Below are positions 51,404 to 64,000 of a DNA stretch of 64,000 nt, piece after piece (position 1 is the first letter of the stretch; the number at the start of each line of letters is the position of its first letter). A model generated the notes under the pieces. It ran no database searches and had not been told where the DNA came from. It saw only the letters and a program-made list of their open reading frames with translations. This DNA is from Octopus sinensis (lineage: Eukaryota), in the NCBI RefSeq assembly GCF_006345805.1, contig NC_043005.1:67022001-67086000 (forward strand), in the 5' to 3' direction. The translations under genes and the position numbers were made by a program.

Positions 51404-52205
51404 TAATATCTGTAATCATATTATTGCCTTTTTGCTTTTAGCAGGACAGATAACTAGCAAGTTGGATTGCAAGTGCTATATTTAATTTATATGTACATAT
51501 TTTAAAGAAGATAATCTCCAAAGAATTTTAATTGAATTTGGAAGATATACTGCACGATATTTAAAGAATACTTTCGAACAAAATTATACAAAAGCTCTTA
51601 TAAATGACACACAATGAATAAGCGAACGAAGTACGAAGCTGAGAGCAAATTGCATCAGCATTAAAGAGTAAAACATTGAGATACACTGTACAAAATGATA
51701 GATTTCAACCATCCAGAAAACATGCCTTCTCATTGCCCAATAAGACAGATGAATTCAGCACAGAGTATTTGGAATCTCAAAGAAAGAAGAATGAAAGAAG
51801 TGAAAAGCGTCTGGGTATTTTGAGGGAATAGACATTCATTGATAAACGCAGGAGGAAGTTTGTTTTTAACTCTAATATACTTACACATACACACACACGC
51901 ACACACAGACCCACACATACACACACAAACACATATACGCACACAATCCCCTTCTCACATACGCGTAGTCACACACACACACATTTTGCACATAAGAGTG
52001 TATGTGTGTGTGTATATATATATACACACACACATAGGTGGAATCTATATATAAATATATATATAACTTATAAACAAGGGCAATTTCCCTTGTTTATAAT
52101 TTTAACCTTTAAAGGTATTTTAATATGCTGCCATTTTTGAAATTTTTTCTGAATGAAATTTTTTCTGAAAAAAATTTATATCCTATATTAGTAGTAGTAG
52201 TAGTA

Positions 52206-52240
<35 letters not shown>

Positions 52241-52246
<6 letters not shown>

Positions 52247-52492
52247 ATAGAGGGCATTATTACACATAAATGCCTCACACTAAGAGGGACAAAGTCATTA
52301 CTACTAAAATTATACTAATCATACCTAAATGCAAGTTGAATGTGAAATCACGGTGATACAGAACTAAATTCATTTTTTAAATGTCTTGCTTTGAAAAACT
52401 GCATTTAGGTATGATTAGTATAATTTTGGTAGTAATGACTTTGTCCCTCTTAGTGTGAGGCATTTATGTGTAAAAATGCCCTCTATACAATA
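52241..52492. repeat. Fold-back element: 93 bp near-perfect inverted arms with a 66 bp spacer, in a (TA)n context
   Basis: 52241-52333 and 52400-52492 are reverse complements with about 2 mismatches. Confidence 0.93.
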
Positions 52493-52656
52493 TAGATATA
52501 ATTAATTTGTTCAAAAGAAAAAAATTATTTTCGAATTCTTTTCTTTTATGAGGTTTTCACGCTAACTACCCGATAATTTCTTGTTAAGATCCCTTATTAA
52601 GAGGTTATCCTTAATTGTTAAACTTATATATATATATATATACATGCATACATACA

Positions 52657-52690
<34 letters not shown>

Positions 52691-52698
52691 CATATATA

Positions 52699-52926
52699 GA
52701 GTAATGACTCGCCATATCGTGGTTCACCTATCGTGGTTTATTATTAAAGCTTGCGCGTCGATCCCTCCGTGGTGTTGTTTTGCATTTATAATAAAATAAT
52801 TATATACAAATTCTAAAAACAATTTTTAAAAAAAATATACAGTGCAGAACTGTTTCTACTTCGCGCATTCTCACCTATTGCAAGAAGTTTTCGAACGTGA
52901 CATTCGCGATAGACGAGGGATTGCTG
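52699..52926. mobile_element. Tigger/pogo-type MITE
   Basis: TA|GAGTAATGACTCGCCATATCGTGG ... TCGCGATAGACGAGGGATTGCTG|TA; degenerate CAGTAATCCCTCG TIR. Confidence 0.7.
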
Positions 52927-53341
52927 TACACATAGAGAAAAAAGAAGAGGGGGAGGAGGGGGAGGAAGAAGAAGAAGAAGAGCATAAATGGTGTTTTAAA
53001 TATTACTACATCTGTTTTAGTAGTATTTTATTGATGCGGTCATATACTACATCATAATGTAAATATGCTGCTGAAGATAAAACCTAGAATTTCACCAACT
53101 AACATGATGAACAAGTGCTGGTGAATAGGTCATTCTCTAGGTCTTATCATACACATCTATACATGCTTAAAATTTTACCGCAGGATGATGGAATTATACT
53201 AAGACGTAATCAATGAATGCCTCAATAAAATGCTACTGCAAGAGCTGTAGTAAAATTTAAACCCCATTTGTGTTCATCTTTCATACCTACGCCGCACCCT
53301 AAACAAGCGCTGAGTCGGTTTGGCGGTTTATATTGGATTTG

Positions 53342-53342
<1 letters not shown>

Positions 53343-53427
<85 letters not shown>

Positions 53428-53489
53428 TTATCTATATATCTAGATAGATAGATACATAGATAGATAGATATATATATATATATATATAT

Positions 53490-53550
<61 letters not shown>

Positions 53551-53563
53551 CAGATAGATAGAT
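53343..53563. repeat. (TATC)n directly followed by its reverse complement (GATA)n
   Basis: Direct reading; the switch is at ~53440. Confidence 0.95.
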
Positions 53564-53792
53564 ACCTGAAGTACATTACCAATAAATGACAAGTAGTAGG
53601 TGTTTACCTTACTGTGAACTCCTTCTTATGGTACCCAGCCAGTTCGAGTGTCCTGTTTGTTAATATACCAAGATTCTAATGAATCCTGTAATTAATCGAT
53701 ATCTATAACAATATGTATATATATATGCATGTCTGTATGCATGTAGGTATCTATCGATCGATGTATATATCACATGCATGTACATACACTCG

Positions 53793-53834
<42 letters not shown>

Positions 53835-55217
53835 GATGTGTATGTATATATATGCATACATGTGTATGCATATATTTGTATGTGCTGTGTGACAGAATCG
53901 AGGGGCCAAATAGAATGACTGATCTAGAAGTCGAAAATTGGGGGATTCTACACGAAAAATTTGTCTTAATAGCTCTAAATTTTGGTGCTAAAATTACGAT
54001 ATTTTTTGTTCTCTGACTACACTAGTTATATCCTCTATTGAATACAGTTAACTGCACCATATTCCAGCATGGTTGTTGAGCGTCTAGATGCTACAAAATG
54101 ACTAAGTGTAAGGAAATATTTTAAATTTCTGTTGATTTCCGAGGGATACGATGTTTTGCGGTATATACTTAATGTTGATCTAATCGATTTCTCCCGCAAA
54201 AAATAGAATAACTGAAATTCATGTGGCAATGCAGAAACTAATGACTTTTGCTACTTTAGTGCATCTTTCTTGCTTGACACATTTACTGCAATAATAGTTA
54301 CGAAAGGCATCTTTTTTCCTTATTCTCTCCTTGCCATTATTCTCTCTAACTTGCTACCTTTCCTAGGTTTCTTAGATATTTGTAAAAGTTTACATTAGGC
54401 ATTATCATGAGATGCCTCCTCTTCTATTCTTATATATTTTTTCGCTTTTTAATCCCATCTGGTAAGACATTTCTATCAGTTTTATTGTTTTGAAGAAAGA
54501 GACTGTAGTTATATTTCCCTGGGAGCTCAACATTTGTGTTGGATCTTACTTCCTTTGAAACGCACTTACGTACGTCACTGATTTCTTAGGGAAAGCCAAA
54601 GGTATCACAAAATACTTTTAAGCTTAATAGATTTCTGGGCTTATACGTAAAGTAAATAAATCGATAGCTTTCCTTATTATGGCCATTTATTTTTAGTTTG
54701 ATTGCAAAAGGAATGAATATGTCACGTACTACACGTTTTAATACATTAACACAATTGTTGGCTAAAATGAAAACTAACAATGTATATCAGATGATATATA
54801 CGGAATACAATAGATTCTTCTTAACTCTTGCTTCATAAATCAGTGAATATTGAAAGTCAAAAGGAACACTAGCTGTTTCTATAGATATTCATCAAATGCA
54901 CTTACATTTTCAGTAAGTATTCTTTCCATTGTCTCCTTTATATTAGAGGAAGCAATGAACACTAAAACATATGTATAGATTATACAAATAGTAATATACC
55001 CCTCAAACTAAATTTACATAGGATTACTCTGCTATCTCTATCGCTCTTGGACGATTTAGTACAACTGAGAATTCTAGTAAGACAAAATTTGTTCAATATA
55101 ATACATATATATTGCGGATACAACCCAGTGGGTGACCATTCGACAGGAGATCGAGGGGTTTCTAAATCATTCTTGTGTGATACATTTATCTCGGTATTAC
55201 ATTCTGAAAGTTTTAAA

Positions 55218-55378
55218 GGCACTGGCGTGGCTTGGCTGTGTGGGAAAAGTTTGCTTCTCAATCAGTTGGTTCCGAGTTCTGTCCTACTGCGTGGTACCTT
55301 TAACAAGTGATTTCTATTAAAGCCACGCGCCGATCAAAGCCTTCTAGGTGGATTTGGTGGTTGAAACTGATATCCCGT

Positions 55379-55380
<2 letters not shown>
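55218..55380 (+). mobile_element. SINE family B, 5' half, degenerate
   Basis: GGCTGTGTGG..GGTTCCGAGTTCTGTCC..AAAGCCTT..GTGGATTTGGT..GAAACTGA. Confidence 0.7.
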
Positions 55381-55425
<45 letters not shown>

Positions 55426-55612
55426 AGCTGGCAGAATCGTTAGGATGCCGGGTGAAATGCCTCGCGGTGTTTCGTCCGCCTTCATGTTCTAAGTACAAAG
55501 TTCTGAGGTCGACTTTGGCTTTCATTTTTCGGAATCGATAAAATAAGGAACGGTTGAGTACTGGGGTCGCTGGAATAGACCTACTATTTTTTCTGAAATT
55601 GCTGGCTTGAGA
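55426..55612 (+). mobile_element. SINE family A monomer (tail B)
   Basis: AGCTGGCAGAATCGTTAG..GAGGTCGACTTTGGCTTTCAT..CTGGGGTCG..GAAATTGCTGGCTTG. Confidence 0.8.
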
Positions 55613-55759
55613 CAAAATTTGAAAGCAGTATCTAAATATGAAGCTGCATTATTTATTTGCAAACGTCTTGCCTCGTTTACCGCACACACATATAAACGTC
55701 TATGTGTGTGTGCGTATATTTGTGTGGTGCGTGCTTGTGCGATTATGTCTATAATAATA

Positions 55760-55799
<40 letters not shown>

Positions 55800-55965
55800 T
55801 TTGTAAATATATAACATATATATGCATATATATATATATATATTTACCTACACACGCTCATATATTTGCACATAGCATACATTATTCCTCTGTGTGTGTA
55901 TGTGTATTGGCGTGAATTTCTGTGAATTGTGTATATGTTTGTGTTCATGTGTATGTAAGTGTGTG

Positions 55966-56011
<46 letters not shown>

Positions 56012-56692
56012 TGTGCATATTTACATTTTGCAAACAGACAAGCCCAATTTACAGCCTATATTCTTCGGCTCAAGTACATTTGGTAATTAGTGAATTTCAT
56101 TCAAATAATAAAAACAAACATTTAACGTATTTGTCGAAGACTGCACATATTCACACACCCTTAAACAAAATTACACGCAAATTAATAGCCTTTGTAACAA
56201 AACAATTAACATTTCTTTGGGCGAGATGTTTAGAATCCTTAAAGAAATCCCCTATGCCAGTGAGGTTGGAGGCCACTGTATTATTTTACTGTGTATAAAC
56301 TTTGAAAAAATACTGACATTATAATCTTTCTACTCAAAGCACTTACTGTTGAGAATTGCTATTTCTAATGGGTACTTTAATCACTAGAACACTCGCGGTC
56401 ATCATGCTAATCCATGTTGCTTAAATATGCACCAAATTTCACATCATGCTCAGGTTTCATAACCCACGCTTTTTCTTATCCGCTTGAGAGCCTTCTACCT
56501 CCGTACAATTCTTTCACACGTATTCGAGTTCATATTTTTCATACGTATTTCTTATTTTAGGTAATTTGCGAGGAAATATAAGCAACCCCGCAATGGAGCG
56601 TCCATGAAAGATTTGATCGGCTGATCTTGATTCTAAACGCGTGATTTGTCCTTTACAGCACGATAAAATATACAATAAAAAAAATTTTATTT

Positions 56693-56919
56693 TGGGAATA
56701 ACACCACCGCTGTTTAGCCCTAGGAAGCCTCGACGCTTCCTGTCGGCTTTGACACATTTCCTGTGTCCTTATATTTGTGAAGGGGAGGCAAGCAACCCCG
56801 CCAGCCAAGGTGGGGGATGCTTGCCTCCCCTTCACAAATATAAGGACACAGGAAATGTGTCAAAACCGACAGGAAGCGTCGATGCTTCCTAGGGCTAAAT
56901 TGCGGCGAGGTAATTCCCA
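56693..56919. repeat. 227 bp GC-rich palindrome (~110 bp arms, ~6 nt loop) with nested mini-hairpins
   Basis: TGGGAAT...CCTAGGAAGC..GCTTCCTGTCGG..GACACATTTCCTGTGTCCTTATATTTGTGAAGGGGAGGCAAGCA is mirrored on the right arm. Confidence 0.95.
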
Positions 56920-56954
56920 TACGGGACTGTCACGTTATGTTGACAGTATACAAC

Positions 56955-57245
56955 CAGTCTCTTTTCCCTCCCCCACATTCTCTCTAGTTTCCGTCGTATA
57001 TTCTTCCTTCTCTCCTCTCTCTCCCTCACTATGTCTCTGTCTTCCCCTCCTCTTTCTCACTGTGTCTCTGCCTTTCTCTCCCTTCCTCTATCTACATACC
57101 GCTCCATAACCCCTTTCTCTTTCTTTCATATCATACACTCTCTTTCCCTCTCCCTATCGCTCCATATTCCCCTTTTCTATTTTATATCTTCCTCTCTACC
57201 TCCCTCTGTCTTTCTCACTTCCTCTCTATCCTCCCTCCAATCCTC
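56955..57245. repeat. ~290 bp polypyrimidine (CT-rich) tract
   Basis: Direct reading; it lies immediately 5' of the LINE. Confidence 0.9.
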
Positions 57246-57259
57246 AGTTTAAAAAAAAT

Positions 57260-60200
57260 CGAAGATGGAAAAAAAGTGGGATAGCAAGGAACGTCTGCAG
57301 CGAGCGTGGATGTTGCTAGCGGCGATCCTCTAAACAACTTAATTACTGCTGCACTGAAGAACAATGGTTTATGTTGAACCATTGAGCAGATAGAACGGAA
57401 TAAAATTACTTCATCCTATCCTATGCCCTTCTTGGACCACACATTGACACTCTTGATGTCATCGTGGAAATAACAGTGGCAACGGCTTATATGGGTAGGG
57501 AAGATGAAGCCAAAACCAGAAGTCTCGCTGACCCAATGGTCCCACCAAAGAACGGATCCCCCATCCCTGTGAACAACCAGGCTGATAACAATAGGGGAGC
57601 TGAAGAAGCAACAACCAGAAATCCACTGTGCCAGTGGTCCTACAAAAGAATAGAGCCCTTACCCCATTTGACAACCAGAGGAAAGCAAATGCTACAACAA
57701 GTAAAAGAAGGAAAGCCCACGAGCACACACATAAAGAAGGAAGGGGAGAGAAAGTAAAAGGAAAATATGAAACAACTAAAACGAAACCCCAAACCACCAA
57801 ATAAAAACAAAAAAAACTCAAATATGGAATCCGAAACCCTAGTGGAGAGAAGGAATTTGGAGAGACGTCAAACACATGCAAATTTTGCCTGCGCGGCAAA
57901 TGTTGGCATAGAGAAGACAGTACAAACTGTCGGTTTGCTACCTGAGACTCCGCCAAAACTGCAGGGGCCTTAAGGAGAAATACTTCCCAGAAGAATGGCA
58001 GCCATCGTCTCCAGAGAGAAAGTATACAAATGCAGAACGCTTCAGATGTTATGCAAAAGGCAAGAGTCTATTTTGTGCATGGCGCTAAAGATTGTGCAGC
58101 AGCCAACCTGGCTATATAAAGAGCATACACGGAAACTTGCTCACCACTGCGAATGACCACCACAATCAAGAAACACGGGATGGCCTCGCCAACGCCTGCA
58201 CAGCTGTCACGCCAATATTTTTATTAAATATTGGAAGCCTGTCGCAATCACAACCACGAAAGCAAAGCTTTTTCCTGCGAGACCTTGCTGCATGCAATGA
58301 AGCCCTATGCATATCATTCGTGGAAACTACTCTGAGCCCTAATATAGAGGATGCAGTAGTACACGTACCAAAATATACCAAACTGCGAACAGACAGAAGG
58401 AAAAGAGCCATGGTGGAGTTGCTATATACATCCTTGAGGACCTCACAGCCCAGGTCCTACTGTCATGCTCAAATTCAGTATGTGGTGCTGTAATTGAATA
58501 CATAAGACAACATAATATAGTCATATGCAATGCATATCTCAGACCGGATGCTCTAAACCCCATAGGCAAATTTGAAGATTGCCTCACAATAATTGAAGAA
58601 ATCGTCATGAAACTGGAACATCATGTGAGCGTATTTCTTATGGGTGATTTCAACTTACCAAATGTCAAATGGCCCGAAGGCCTCATGCTCTCAGGAATGA
58701 CTCATTGCAAACAAGCACAGTTTGAGTCCTTGCTCAACCTCACCAATGCCATATTCATGGAGCAAGTTGTGCTCAGACCAACTAGGGCGAATAACATTTT
58801 GGGTCTCTGCTTCACAGACAATATAGACATCGTTCATGATGTGAAAGTGACGCTGACATTAGTTTAGGATCACAATATAACAGAGTAGTCTGTGTATGCA
58901 TCAAAAGTAGCCAGAAGTCAAACCCTAAGGCATCCTTTCATTATGCTAAAAAAATAGGCTCAGTACGCTGCAAAATAGGATCCCTCTTCCAAGATCATGA
59001 CTCCCTCATAGATATCCCTACCAGAATCAGTGAGGTACTGAATGACCAGTTCAAAGGTGTCTTTACCACCCCGTTGGAACACCGATAAGTGAACGAACCA
59101 ATGGATTTCTTTGCAGCCTCACCTATAACCAGCGAGGCAGTTGCTTTGGTTTACATTGACATTAGTGAAGAAGATATACTACTAGACATAGATAAAGTGG
59201 ACACAAACTCAACTGCTGGTCCTGGTGGTTTCCCAGCAATCCTCCTTAAATTGTGTAAGCGTTCCCTGGCAAAAACGCTACAGATTCTCTTCCAGAGATT
59301 TTTTACAAATGGCAAACTGCCAAGCAAACTAAAGTAGGGAATAATATGACCAATCAATAAGATTGGAGGAAGCAGAGCAGATGTCAAAAATTACAAGCCT
59401 ATCTCTCTAACTTCAGACATAAACAAAGCCATGGAACTGATAGTTAGACAGAAAATAATCACATTCATTAAGCAAAATGAATTGTTGAGTGCTACCCAGC
59501 ATGGCTTTCGACCAAGTAGGAGCTGCCTGACCCAGCAATATGACTGGGTGTTGAGGCAGTTAATCAACAACATAAATGTGGATGTAATATATCTTGACTT
59601 TGCAAAATCTTTTGATAAAGTGGATCATGGTATGATATGCCACAAACTGCGTGATCGCAGCATAGCTGGAAAACTTGGAGAGTGGTTACATGACGTTCTG
59701 AAATATAGAAATCAAGCAGTAGTGTCCAATGGAGCAACCTCAAAGAAAGCACAAATAGCGAGTGGTGTTCCACAGGGCATTGTCTTGGGACTACTGCTGT
59801 TTTTAGTGGCCCTCTCAGGTTTGCCCTCAGCTGCCCGGATAGCCATCCTTGATAGCTACGCAGGAGATACGAATGTCTCGCATAAAATACAGAACCCCAG
59901 CAATGGTGTACACCTGCAGCAGGAGTTGAAATCAATTTACAGATGGGCTAAGGACAATAATGTGCAGTTTAATTATAGAAAATTCGAAGCCCAGGTCTAC
60001 CAGCGCCCAACACTGAATATAAAGCTTACAGGTTACACTGACCCACAGGGGATTACAATCCTAGAGCCGGGTATCGACAAGAATGATGATACCACTTTCC
60101 AAGTGCACATTACCAGGATGCGACAAAGTGCAGACGACTGGCTGGCTGGATCCTGAGAACCTTCAAAACCAGAGAGAGGGAAACCATTATGGTCCTCTGG

Positions 60201-60817
60201 ATGACATTCGTCCTCAGTCGCCTGGACTACTGCTCCCAGCTATGGTCACCCAACAGCGTAAAATTAACAGAGAAACTTGAAGCGATGCAGCGAAGCTTCA
60301 GAAAGAAGATCGTCTCATTGCAACAGATTAGCTACTGGGAAAGGCTGAAACAGCTAAGACTCTACTCCCTGGCTCGAAAGCGGGAAAGATAACCAGTAAT
60401 ATATCTGGAAGATCCCGGAAGGGATTTGCCAAATTTTGGTATTGAAAGCTACACAAATGCCAGAACGGGTCACCACCTCACAGTGCCAAAGATCATAGCA
60501 ATGCCATCGCGCTTCAGAACCGTTTACTGCAACAGCCCTGGTGTCAGAGGACCACATCTTTTTAATATACACTCAAAGAGCCTGGGGGACTTACACAAAG
60601 TGGATGTAGATGCTTTCAATTCAAAACTGAATCTCTTCCTATCGAGATTCCCAGATGAACCTACCTCGCAGCATGAAGTGCAAATAAGGGTAGCAGCATC
60701 AAACTCCCTTATTCACCAAATTCTACATATCAGAGGCGGCTCTCAATAATAACAGTGTAGCAAAACGGTGGTCCCCCAGCATGGCCACAGTTTTACTAAT
60801 GAAACTGATAAAAATAA
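57260..60817 (+). mobile_element. Near-full-length decayed CR1/L2-group LINE (ORF1 with Cys-rich finger; ORF2 APE + RT)
   Basis: ORF1 CKFCLRGKCWHREDSTNCRF (57877-57936). APE: FLLNI, ETTL, RTDR..HGGVAIYI, MGDFNLPNVKW, PTRANNILGLCFT, DHN. RT: NYKPISLTS, QHGFR, YLDFAKSFDKVDHG, SGVPQG, YAGDT, SRLDYCSQLWSP, LFN, FPDEP. Many frameshifts; the 5' end is approximate. Confidence 0.9.
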
Positions 60818-62414
60818 TATGAGCGTATTGCAAGGACACAAATATTTATCATATGTAGATTTTTAAAAAATTAGGAAGTTCGGAAAATCAAACAAGAGAT
60901 AATTAGGAAAATATTGAAATGTACAAATCTAAACTGTAACAAAATCAGATAACCCGAGGCTCTAAAATTTGCTGCAATTCAGTTGCCAGCCGACTAAAGA
61001 GGAAGTGATTTATGTGAGTAGCTTTGAGGCTATGAAACACTGATATTTTATTCACAACTTCCAACAATTTTACTTGTTCAAAACATCCTATTGACATAAT
61101 TGATTGCTGATTAAAAATCTAAAATATTTACAATTTTGACATGACCGAGGAAAGAAGCTTATATTCTTGTTTGATAACGTTTCGGAAATACAGTACCTAT
61201 TGTATCACTATTTCTTAAGAGTTTTATTGACTACAGAAAGCCTTGAAAGTGTAATGTAACAGAATATAGAACTGGGAGAATTATAGAAAGTAGTCAAAAG
61301 AAATAAATGAGTTTTATAATCCTCCTTTTCAAGAAATCAATATCAAGCCACAGACACTTCAGTAGTTATCGCCTATTGAAATATTTTACGCACCTGTTAT
61401 AATAGATGACGAATTGATATGATATGGGAAAATGTGCATGAAGATGATACTCTTGATCTCATGTAATTTTACCATTGGTAATTTATATAACAGAATTAGA
61501 CAATTAAAAGATAGCCATTACCACAACAGATAATTCACATCAGGTAAGTTTTTCATTTCTTGCGAGTCATAACTTGCTATGCCTACGACAATTTCTAATT
61601 TAAGGAGACAATTTCTAATTTAATACTATTAACAGTGAAGAATATATTACAGTCTATAATTCATATCCTAGCAAAATTTAAATTAACACTTGTTTTATTT
61701 TTAGTTGATCTTTATATATATTCTAATGGACATATAAAATGTGATAGGCGACTAATGAAGAAAGAGTTACAATGGCTCCACTAGCCAAACACATTAATCA
61801 GTGTTTGATAACTTGGTGAGGAAAACAGTCATTGTTTGAAATACAAAATAGGTAATCATGCTGCTTGATTAATAGCAAACATTGATTTATACATAGGCTC
61901 AAAGCAGTATGAATAAGATATGTCGAGGGACAGAAATTATAATTAGATATGTTCATGCCAATCTAATGCAAGTTAACGATATATGTAAAATAAATCTAAA
62001 GAGATCACGTATAAGTTTGGTTTACAGAAATAATATCCCTGTTCGTATAATCAATGAGGTGTACTAAGCACAAAGGAGAATAATGAATGATAAATAAAAT
62101 TCTGAAATTGTCGTGTCTTTTTTAATGCTATGAACCCGGTAATTAAATTGACATAGTTTCAACAATTAAACTAAAACTGCTAAAGGTTTCTAGTTTTAAA
62201 CAGCTGACTTTTATTAAAATTTGTAACTATAATATGATAAAAGTGAATATTTTCAACATAGTTCGTATTTTAATTACTTCGGTGAAAAGATAACCTTATT
62301 AGTGATTCGCAAAAAATATGAATTTTTGAGTTAATAAATTAAGTAAATTGGAAACACTCGCTTGAGTTGATGCAGTAACACATAGACACATAAATACATA
62401 CATCTATAAGTATG

Positions 62415-62445
<31 letters not shown>

Positions 62446-64000
62446 ATGTGTATGTGGGGGGGATGTCTGTACATGTATACATATATATACATGCATGTAT
62501 AAACACGCACGCATATATATATATATTCCTTACACTTTTACTTGTTTCTGTCTCTGGGTTATATACATTCTAGAGCACCGCCTACTCACGTACGCAAGCA
62601 CATGCGCACGCACAGAGACGCGCACACGCGCGAGCACACACACATCTTTACGTTTCCGACAGATTAATACCAAGTAGTGTAAAGAATTGCTGTAGTATAT
62701 AAACTACTCACTGCATTAGTTAACTTTAATATGTTTTCCCTCTATGCCACTACTGTTACCAGTAAAGGTTATATATGTCTCTCTCTACGCTTGGCAAACG
62801 AATTTGATTGAACGGATTATATTCCCAATCCCTCGAGGGAGAATTGAATTTAGGTATGACGTCAAACCTAAAAAATGATAGATTACAATTTAATCCTGAA
62901 GACCAGTGAAGACATTGACAGATAGATCAGAGAAACCCTGAAATATACAAATTTCTTTGAATAGACATCAGAGAAGCCAAAAGGAAATTTTGTTTCTTTC
63001 CAATTACGAAAATCCTATTAAAGTTATCACTAAAAAGCAAAACCAATGTTACTGACACAACATCAAAACATTATTAAAAACTAATTAATCTAGAATGTAG
63101 AATTGTATTGTTTTTTACTTTATTTTATAGGAAATAGTAAATAGGAAAATATTGAGCATGCTGTTGAAAAGAATCATAACTGAAGCAATACTGCAATGAA
63201 CCAGTAGTCGTGTTATACAATCAGCCATTTAGTTTTAACATAAGGTTACAGTAACAGTAAGCACATAATCTTATTTTCAATATTTTGTAAAGGTTAAATT
63301 TTAAGTTATTTTAACACTTGTGGACTCAGAATGAGCTACTCTATGAACGGTAACATTCTAGCTGTGACCATCTCGTCATAAACATAAGTGCTGTAAACAG
63401 GACTAAATTAGATTCCTCACAGCATCCTATTACATGGAAAATTAACTGTTAATTCTAGTAGGACAGGGAACCATGTTAGAAGTTATCCTGAACAGCTGGG
63501 TTAGAGATTCACTTCATTGATGTTGTAATTGTGTACCTTGAGATCTATTTGATCATCACTTCTATTTCATGCAATGTTGTGTGCACGCCCCCAGACGATG
63601 AAGTAGGCTAGCCCAATACGTAGATATACAGGAAGAAGTCTAGACGTCAGGAGAGTAGAGGAGCAGAGTAGGAGTTTAGTAGAGGCCATCCGAACGTGCG
63701 ACATAACATTCAAACTTATAGAAATTTTGTTAGTGTGCTTTTAAGAGACAGGCGAGCAATTCTCGTAAAATTATAAAAGTTACCGACAATAGAAAGACAC
63801 AACACTTTTTACAAATAAAATATTATACAAGACAGTATATTTAATACAAAATAAATATCATAATAGAAAGTCAAAGCTTATTGCTATATGCTGAAAAATT
63901 TATGATGTTTATTATTATTATTGTATGATTACGTAGACCACACAGTCCTGAATGCAAAAATAATTAGAGTATTTTTTTTTCTTTTCGTCAATTTGTATTC

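Noticed and set aside
54000-54900. Possible minus-strand Penelope remnant
   Set aside because: No motif could be read with enough certainty.
56830-56875. Hammerhead ribozyme in the palindrome arm (GACACA-GGAAA-TGTGTC stem)
   Set aside because: Neither CTGANGA before the stem nor GAAA after it is present in either arm.
61140-61550. Exon ending CAG|GTAAGT at 61543 and coding-like remnant (ATDTSVVIAY)
   Set aside because: All frames of the 50 nt exon contain stops, and similarity to a transposase motif is too weak to call.

Overview
This is AT-rich eukaryotic (animal) genomic DNA with very dense microsatellites. The SINE families and simple-repeat spectrum look like a coleoid cephalopod, probably Octopus (inferred from recall, not from a search). 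No host protein-coding gene can be called with confidence, and most ORFs in the track are translated microsatellites. The window is mostly layered mobile-element remains: (i) a young, uninterrupted, 5'-truncated CR1-group LINE with an ATTTCA target-site duplication (TSD), inserted in a tRNA-derived SINE; (ii) several R4/Dong-clade LINEs sitting in (TAA)n tracts, one nested in an older copy; (iii) a near-full-length decayed CR1/L2-group LINE whose 3' end matches the tail of a local SINE family; (iv) RTE, Penelope, hAT, piggyBac and Ginger-like relics; (v) mariner- and Tigger-type MITEs; and (vi) several ~230-260 bp fold-back palindromes. Two signals stand out. The first is a heavily decayed parvovirus NS1-like relic (HUH endonuclease + SF3 helicase) at ~2.4-5.3 kb, a candidate endogenous viral element. 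The second is a SINE family forming head+[184 bp]n+alternative-tail arrays with the same junction at two independent loci, suggesting a SINE variant that inserts site-specifically into its own family. All protein motifs were read and compared by eye.
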